From NCBI GenBank assembly GCA_046754465.1, contig JBHHVU010000037.1:1-32080 (forward strand): 32,080 nt of DNA. The letters are read 5' to 3'. The stretch is from Nitrospinaceae bacterium (lineage in GTDB: Bacteria > Nitrospinota > Nitrospinia > Nitrospinales > VA-1). The notes beneath the pieces were generated by a model. The model saw only the letters and a list, made by a program, of their open reading frames with translations, had not been told where the DNA came from and searched no databases. Position numbers and translations under genes: made by a program. How positions within the stretch are numbered: position 1 is the stretch's first letter; every line of letters starts with the position of its first letter. Positions 26,425-32,080 of the stretch are shown here, piece after piece.

Positions 26425-28244
26425 TCCAGAAACCCCACCCGTTCAATACTGAATATGGAGGGGATGAAGGGGGGCCAGAAATCCGGATTTTGAAACCGGA
26501 CATCCCATCCCCATTCCCTGTTAGGGGCTTTATACCTGTCTCCGCCATAAGCCCAGGTGCTGTTGGCCTGGGAACTGGTCCAGAGGTTGATAAAACTTCC
26601 CCTGATATTGCAGTGGATCCCGGACCACCTTTCATGAAACCTGGGATAATTTTCCAATCCACCGCTGTAGGTTCCTCCGCCCGCCGGTGTAGGAACATTG
26701 CCTCCAAAAAAGGCGGCGTTGATGGTGGTGACCGCGGCATTGGCCAAGCCTCCGTTGCAGGTTTTTCCGGTGAACGCATTGGACAGGATATTGATGGCAT
26801 CGCCCACCAGAGCCACCCCATGGGTGTCCACCGTGTTGAAATCCCCTTGGATATAGATGGGATTGTCCGTCGCGAGCGTCGTGTCGTCGGACAACTGGGG
26901 GGAGGAGGTCCCATCAATGGCCAAGAGCCGGATGGCCTGCAAATTTCCATTCTGGTTGGTGAAGGACGCGTCTGGCGACCGGGAGGCGTAGACCAGGAAA
27001 CCGGATCCGGCCAGGGAGAGCCCCAAATTGTTCAAGTAAGCTTCATACCATTGTTGCAGGGCGTACAGGTCGATATCCGTGGTGTCCACCGCCCGGTCAC
27101 TTTCCCGGCAATCCTCAAAGGCTCCCACCGACTCACGGACGATGGGCATGGGAAGTCCCACAATGGCGTTTCCCGGGGCGGACTCGCCGTTAAGGACGAG
27201 GTCCGTAACATCGGTGTTGGGGTTGGGACGTGAGACAAGGACCTGGATGTTTCCCGCCCCCAAACCGCCGGTGCCGACAATTTTGATTCCATCCACATCC
27301 GGCCTTTGCGGGTCCCCCGCCCGGTCTTCATAAAAGGCGTTTCGGCGGAACAAGGTTTGATCGGGCACGCTGTAGGTTTGCTCATTGGCGAGGACATAAT
27401 CATTGAATCGGGACTCCTCCGCCGATTCATTGCTCGAATTGATTCCCGGCCCGGTAATGTTTTGAACCTCGGCGGGGTTGCCCGTATCGAAGGTGGTTCC
27501 GATATTGGAGATTTTTACGTAAACCCGGTCGTCGGGGTAGGGGGTGGAATTATTTTTTCTTTTCAAATAAATGTTTCCGCCCGCGGTGATGGAATGCGGA
27601 GACATTTGGTTGGCGTTGTCGTAATTTCTTAAATTGAATCGGTTACCCGCGCCGATATAAATGTCCCCATTGGAATGGATCCTTCCCCAACTGTTCATGG
27701 TAGGGCCGGGAAGTATTTCCAGGTCCGCCGAATTTCCGCTCCCCGCGTAAAAGATGTAGTATTGGACCAGGGGAGTTTCCAGAACCCGGATGGTTTCCTT
27801 CAAGCTTTCGCGGGAGCTGTCACCGAGAGAGGTGGAATTGGTTTCGATGTCATAGGTATGCGCATAATGATAGATGATGGAATTTCCGACCACGGTTTGG
27901 TAAAGAAACTTTCTCACCGGATTGGTGATCTTGTATTTGATGTCGTATCCCCGGTAATTGTTACGTGACATAAAACCCTCGGGGCCGGACCCGGAATAAT
28001 TGGCCGATTCGCTATAGACGCTCAGGTTTTCGAATTCATTGATAATGTCATTGACCGCCAAATCCAGTCCCGCCTCCGCGAAGTAATAAGCCTTTTTGCT
28101 CTTTCCGTAGGCATTCGCGGACTCGAGGTTCAGGTTGCTGAGCTGGAGGGCGCCAATCGCGATGGCCACCAGCGCGGTCATGAAGATCATTAACACCACC
28201 GCCGTGCTGCCCCGGTCTCCCGTTAAACTTCCGCCGATCTTCAT
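26421..28244 (-). CDS. pilX: Large PilX-like minor pilin
   Basis: RG|STAVVLMIF (no E5); KAYYFAEAGL PilX_N motif; long beta-rich C-terminus; 4-nt overlap with neighbours. Confidence 0.7.
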   Translation of the reverse strand: MKIGGSLTGDRGSTAVVLMIFMTALVAIAIGALQLSNLNLESANAYGKSKKAYYFAEAGLDLAVNDIINEFENLSVYSESANYSGSGPEGFMSRNNYRGYDIKYKITNPVRKFLYQTVVGNSIIYHYAHTYDIETNSTSLGDSSRESLKETIRVLETPLVQYYIFYAGSGNSADLEILPGPTMNSWGRIHSNGDIYIGAGNRFNLRNYDNANQMSPHSITAGGNIYLKRKNNSTPYPDDRVYVKISNIGTTFDTGNPAEVQNITGPGINSSNESAEESRFNDYVLANEQTYSVPDQTLFRRNAFYEDRAGDPQRPDVDGIKIVGTGGLGAGNIQVLVSRPNPNTDVTDLVLNGESAPGNAIVGLPMPIVRESVGAFEDCRESDRAVDTTDIDLYALQQWYEAYLNNLGLSLAGSGFLVYASRSPDASFTNQNGNLQAIRLLAIDGTSSPQLSDDTTLATDNPIYIQGDFNTVDTHGVALVGDAINILSNAFTGKTCNGGLANAAVTTINAAFFGGNVPTPAGGGTYSGGLENYPRFHERWSGIHCNIRGSFINLWTSSQANSTWAYGGDRYKAPNREWGWDVRFQNPDFWPPFIPSIFSIERVGFLE

Positions 28245-28774
28245 TGTATAAACTGCCGCCTGTGAAGCACCGCGGCCAACTCCATATTTTGGGTAAGATT
28301 CTTCTTATCCGTCCATTGGGTGTCCACGACCACCTGGACCATCCTGATTTGTTCGGGAGCGTCGAAGGTCGAACCATCGTTTGGATTGGAGGGGAATACT
28401 GAAAGGGTAGCGGTGCGGGTCATGCCGCCGACCGTTTCAGTGAGGGTGTAAGAGGTGTTGTTTACCTCCGTCATTCCCGAATCGGTCAAATAATCACCGA
28501 CCAGGTATTCAAACCCAAACGCGCCTCCGGTGGGTTCGTTGGTAGCGATTCTCTTGATTTCCTCCAATTTGTTAGAGGAGTACAAGGTCGCGGTGGTCAG
28601 TTTTTTCGAATGTTCCTGGTAATGGTTGATCGAACTGGTGGAAGAGATAATGCCCAGAATTCCCACGGAGAAGATCGCCATGCCGATCAGAACATCGATC
28701 AACGAAAAACCCCGTTCGGAGATGGTTTCGGTCCTTTCATTATGCGTGATGCGCATTTTTGCCAAGCTTCTCAT
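28241..28774 (-). CDS. pilV: PilV-like minor pilin
   Basis: RG|FSLIDVLIGMAIFSVGILG; ATLYSSNKLEEIK; VQVVVDTQW. Confidence 0.75.
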   Translation of the reverse strand: MRSLAKMRITHNERTETISERGFSLIDVLIGMAIFSVGILGIISSTSSINHYQEHSKKLTTATLYSSNKLEEIKRIATNEPTGGAFGFEYLVGDYLTDSGMTEVNNTSYTLTETVGGMTRTATLSVFPSNPNDGSTFDAPEQIRMVQVVVDTQWTDKKNLTQNMELAAVLHRRQFIQ

Positions 28775-28781
28775 TTCTTTT

Positions 28782-29357
28782 TCAACTCCAGGGCGTGGGT
28801 GACGCGGAACCATCGTATTTCCAGATGTCCACGCTGCCCGTAGCCGCGATGACACTCACGGCCCGGACCCGGTCATTTTGCGCCCCCAAATCATTGACGG
28901 GGATCAAATAAGCTGAACCGCTGGTGCTTGCCTGACCCCGGGAGTCAAAGATGATTGAGCTTCCGCCACCCCCAAGGAATACCGCCGAGGAAATGGTGTT
29001 TCCATCCATGTCCAAAACGGTTCCATTGATTCCGTAAGCGACCTTGGGATCCAGGTTAACGACCTTGACCCCCTCGCCCGGGTCTTCCACTCCGTTCTCA
29101 TTCGTGTCGTTGTGAATTCTGTACCGGTTGTTTCCGGGTTCGAAGGTAAAAATCACATTATTATTGTTTTTAACAGCGGAGGATCTTGCCAGCATGAGGT
29201 CCAGATACAATTTTTGGGATTCCGCGCTTATCTTGTAATTCTCCACCCATTGCGAATAATTTGGGATGGCTATCCCCATCAAAATTCCCAGGACAACCAG
29301 CAAGCTGACCAATTCCACCAAGGTGAATCCGGACTGGTTGTTTGAGATTCGTTTCAT
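28782..29357 (-). CDS. fimT: FimT/FimU (GspH-like) minor pilin
   Basis: SG|FTLVELVSLLVVLGILMGIAIPNY; LYLDLMLARSSAVK; FDSRG. Confidence 0.85.
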   Translation of the reverse strand: MKRISNNQSGFTLVELVSLLVVLGILMGIAIPNYSQWVENYKISAESQKLYLDLMLARSSAVKNNNNVIFTFEPGNNRYRIHNDTNENGVEDPGEGVKVVNLDPKVAYGINGTVLDMDGNTISSAVFLGGGGSSIIFDSRGQASTSGSAYLIPVNDLGAQNDRVRAVSVIAATGSVDIWKYDGSASPTPWS

Positions 29358-29474
29358 CCAATGTTCCTGTTTCAAGTTGGAAGGGATTGACGGCTCCGGT
29401 CGCATTTGAAGGGTATGGAAGCCAATCCAGGGGTTGATCTTTATCAAAATAAAGGTGCGATCTAATTTTTAGGG

Positions 29475-29490
29475 AGCAAAATCCGGACCA
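29475..29490 (-). promoter_or_regulatory. Candidate sigma54 promoter of the fimT-pilV-pilX-pilW operon
   Basis: Minus strand TGGTCCGGATTTTGCT: GG-N10-GC spacing with 2 mismatches to TGGCACG-N4-TTGCW. Confidence 0.55.
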
Positions 29491-29560
29491 AAATACCCCA
29501 GTCAGGGTATTGAAAATATTCAGGGCAAAAACATGGAATTTGCTTTGGCGGGAAAAGAGT

Positions 29561-29573
29561 GACAAAAATTGTC
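29561..29573. promoter_or_regulatory. Candidate enhancer-binding-protein site (GACAA-N3-TTGTC)
   Basis: GACAAAAATTGTC; same palindrome as 15816-15828. Confidence 0.5.
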
Positions 29574-29786
29574 TTTGAAGAATGAATAGAAAAGTATACA
29601 TGAAGGGGGAATGGTCGTCTTTTTTGATACATGGGGAGCCGTGTGAATAAAACAAAAACGACAAAATTTGGTTCTTGAGTTGGGGATGACTTATTTTAAG
29701 AGAGATTCTGGAGTGGAATTGCGCCGGGGGACCTGTATTTTCGCGAAGCAAATAAGGGTCGGCATGAAAGGAGATTCTCTCGCCCC

Positions 29787-29820
29787 AAAAAAAATCCGGC
29801 GGACCGGGTGGTCCGCCGGA
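29787..29820 (-). terminator. Intrinsic terminator after the right-hand minor-pilin cluster
   Basis: Perfect 11-bp stem TCCGGCGGACC / GGTCCGCCGGA with a 4-nt loop, followed by T8 on the minus strand. Confidence 0.9.
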
Positions 29821-29860
29821 GAGCGGGACAGGGATTGAAGTGGTTTAACAGCCGCGGATT

Positions 29861-31180
29861 TCAGTTGATTTGCCGCCAGGACAAGAGCTGCACCTTGTCG
29901 TCGAAGAAGGGAGCAACCCGATCTTTGTTGTAGGTCAGGGTCATGCTGCCGGAAATGGTGCTCGCCGGACTGACGAGGTTCTCCACATCGGCCAAATCGG
30001 CGGAGATGGCATAGCCGTTCAAGTCGACGGTCCCGGAAATTTCCAGTTGCTCCCCGGCATAGATGAGTCCCTGGATCTGATTGCTGGGGGTTCCGGAAAA
30101 TTTAATATCTGTTGCGGCCACGAGAAACATCTCATCCACGTCGGGGGAAGAGCTGCCGGTGTAGTTCACGACGTCCGCATTCGCGCCGAAGTCAATGTAA
30201 CCTTCGGAAAGGATCGAGGTTTGCCACGCCGCCGGGGTGTTCAGGACCTGGACATTTCCTTCCACGTAATACATGCCGTCGGGAACGCTCGAGCCGTTGA
30301 CTTTCCAAAGTCCAGTTGGGAGTTGCGTGACGCTGGCAAAATACGAGCCGGATCCGTCATCGGGACCCACATCGGGGACCCAGGCTCCCGATTCATATTT
30401 GTATAACTTGGAGGCGGACACATCCAGAAGTTTGCCGTCGTTTTGCAAAATATAGTTGGAGTAATTTTTAAAGTCCGCTACCGATACCTTGGGAATGCGT
30501 TGTTTGGGTAACGAAGAAGCCGTGCACACGCTTCCGGTGCAGGTTCCGGATGCGGTGGCGCCATTGGTGACGGTGGCGCTTCCCCCCGACTGGGTAAAAT
30601 CGCCGTTGGAATGGATGCTGCCCCCTGATCCCTGGACGCTGATGGCGCCATTGGCGTTCAAATCGCCTTCCGTGATCAGGGCATATCCGGGTTGGAACAA
30701 TGGAAGCAGCACCACCGCTTCGATGGAAGAACTGGTTCCGTCCTTGGATCCCGTTGAGGTGATCTTGACGGTATGATCCACGTCCGCATTGAGGTCCGCA
30801 TCGTTATCGTCGTTATCGGCGATGGTGGCGGTATAGGTTCCTCCCCCGAAGGATGCATTGGCGAACTCCGCGGGCCAGTTGCTTCCGTCCAGTTCATCGT
30901 TGAACCCGTCGAAGGCGGCTCCCGGACTGCTGCCGTTCGCGTCATAGTTCATGAAATTGACCACACGTTGAATCCCGGTTTCGGCAATGTAAAACGCTTG
31001 CCGGGAATCGCTGTATTGGTCGGTTCTTTTGATATCCTGGGCAGCCCATTGAGTTCCTTCCGCGACCAGCAGGAGAAACATGGTCAGCAGCATCAAGCCG
31101 ACGGCCAGGGCCATTCCGCTTTCATTCGAGAGATATTTTTTCAGGAAAATGGATTTCTTCCTTGGTTTTGCCCTGTTCAT
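29861..31180 (-). CDS. pilX: PilX-like minor pilin (second paralog)
   Basis: SG|MALAVGLMLL (no E5); QAFYIAETGI; VKITSTG; Gly/Ser-rich beta-solenoid-like C-terminus ending LLSWRQI. Confidence 0.75.
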   Translation of the reverse strand: MNRAKPRKKSIFLKKYLSNESGMALAVGLMLLTMFLLLVAEGTQWAAQDIKRTDQYSDSRQAFYIAETGIQRVVNFMNYDANGSSPGAAFDGFNDELDGSNWPAEFANASFGGGTYTATIADNDDNDADLNADVDHTVKITSTGSKDGTSSSIEAVVLLPLFQPGYALITEGDLNANGAISVQGSGGSIHSNGDFTQSGGSATVTNGATASGTCTGSVCTASSLPKQRIPKVSVADFKNYSNYILQNDGKLLDVSASKLYKYESGAWVPDVGPDDGSGSYFASVTQLPTGLWKVNGSSVPDGMYYVEGNVQVLNTPAAWQTSILSEGYIDFGANADVVNYTGSSSPDVDEMFLVAATDIKFSGTPSNQIQGLIYAGEQLEISGTVDLNGYAISADLADVENLVSPASTISGSMTLTYNKDRVAPFFDDKVQLLSWRQIN

Positions 31181-31194
31181 AACACCTTCCTTTT

Positions 31195-31974
31195 TTATGT
31201 GACCGTGTTTCGTAAAGTGATATCCGTTTTGAATTCAATCACAGCATTGGGATTCTTTGGATCGGCCAATTTCAACATCACCCCAATCTTATAAAGCGAT
31301 GCGGTATTCGGGGCGCCATAGTAATTGAATTGCAACCCATTCTGCGTGGCCAGATTTCCAACAATGGTTTGGGGAACTCCATCCACCGTTCTCACCAGGT
31401 TGGTTCCTTGTTGTGAAATGGTGACCTGGTTGTATTTGTTAACCAGGATCAGATTGGAATTGACGCCGTAAATAAAATTATTGGCCAATCCATTCTGGAG
31501 AGGAATGCTGGACGCGGAGGGGGTTCCGTTCACCTGGTTGAAATCGACGGTTCCCACGGACGGATCAAAAATGACGATATTGTCGTTATCGGAAAACGTA
31601 CTCGCCGAAACAACATTGATGGCCGTGCTCCCGGAAACGGCGGCAAACGTCCCGGCGCCGGCAGGAGGGGTCGTGGTGGAAATATTGGAAAGATTGGCCC
31701 GGAAAGACAGTGAATTGCTATTCATCGCCGTGACCCCCTGATTGAGGGGCAGACCATAACCTTCCATGCGAATCAACTGGGTCAGTTCCTCGATGGCCCT
31801 GCGGCCCTCGGCCCGAATATTGGTGCTGTCATTTTCATCCTTTAGCATATCCTCCTGATGGGTAAATACTCCGATCGTGACGCCAAGCATGATGACCCCC
31901 ATGACGGCGCCAATCAAGGTCTCCATCAAGGTAAAACCGCGTTGGTCCTTTAATATTTTCACAAGTGTTTTCAT
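31195..31974 (-). CDS. pilW: PilW-like minor pilin (second paralog)
   Basis: RG|FTLMETLIG; IRAEGRRAIEELTQLIRMEGY; GLQFNYY; ITLRN C-terminus. Confidence 0.75.
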   Translation of the reverse strand: MKTLVKILKDQRGFTLMETLIGAVMGVIMLGVTIGVFTHQEDMLKDENDSTNIRAEGRRAIEELTQLIRMEGYGLPLNQGVTAMNSNSLSFRANLSNISTTTPPAGAGTFAAVSGSTAINVVSASTFSDNDNIVIFDPSVGTVDFNQVNGTPSASSIPLQNGLANNFIYGVNSNLILVNKYNQVTISQQGTNLVRTVDGVPQTIVGNLATQNGLQFNYYGAPNTASLYKIGVMLKLADPKNPNAVIEFKTDITLRNTVT

Positions 31975-31982
31975 AGCCCGCC

Positions 31983-32080
31983 TTAATTATCGTTGTCCTT
32001 GTCTTTGTCTTTGTCCTTGTCTTTATCCTTGTCTTTGTCCTTGTCTTTGTCCTTGTCTTTGTCCTTGTCTTTGTCCTTGT
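31983..32080 (-). CDS. 3' end of a gene truncated by the window edge, encoding ...(KD)14-NDN-stop
   Basis: Open frame AAR GAY x14, AAC GAT AAT TAA; the stop is 8 nt before the pilW ATG; variation occurs only at synonymous positions. Confidence 0.65.
   Translation of the reverse strand, partial: KDKDKDKDKDKDKDKDKDKDKDKDKDKDNDN
31995..32080. repeat. Tandem hexamer repeat (GTCYTT)n, at least 14 copies, with a 12-bp higher-order period
   Basis: Directly visible; runs off the window end. Confidence 0.95.

Noticed and set aside
1..32080. KOPS (GGGNAGGG) polarity, tRNA/rRNA genes, transposase or integrase
   Set aside because: The octamer occurs in both orientations; no cloverleaf, rRNA signature or recombinase motif was recognised.

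Overview
Gene-dense, GC-rich bacterial chromosome segment, mostly on the minus strand. It is probably Nitrospinota-like; this is an inference from the pilin style, tandem DUF3365 cytochrome and LapA-LapB fusion, not a database result. Housekeeping genes include ftsK, nadB, nadD-rsfS-dksA, lapAB, an MTAP-family phosphorylase, gamma-carbonic anhydrase, an acyltransferase, glpE, ALDH and two MBL-fold proteins. Type IV pilus genes are interleaved: a sigma54-driven major pilin followed by a DUF2723/TMEM260-like GT-C enzyme and a GT2, plus two tandem minor-pilin clusters. The best leads are: (1) a candidate pilin O-glycosylation cassette whose GT-C gene is frameshifted at a T9 tract near its 5' end (phase variation or sequencing error); (2) sigma54 promoters and a shared GACAA-N3-TTGTC palindrome upstream of both pilA and fimT; (3) a PilW-like pilin with Ig and lectin-like domains in a cluster with no adjacent pilY1; (4) a (KD)14+ C-terminal tail at the right edge; (5) an ADP-ribosylglycohydrolase-like protein lacking its catalytic aspartates; (6) a dispersed intergenic repeat family. 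I saw no rRNA, tRNA, CRISPR array or transposase. All family assignments come from motif recognition by eye.
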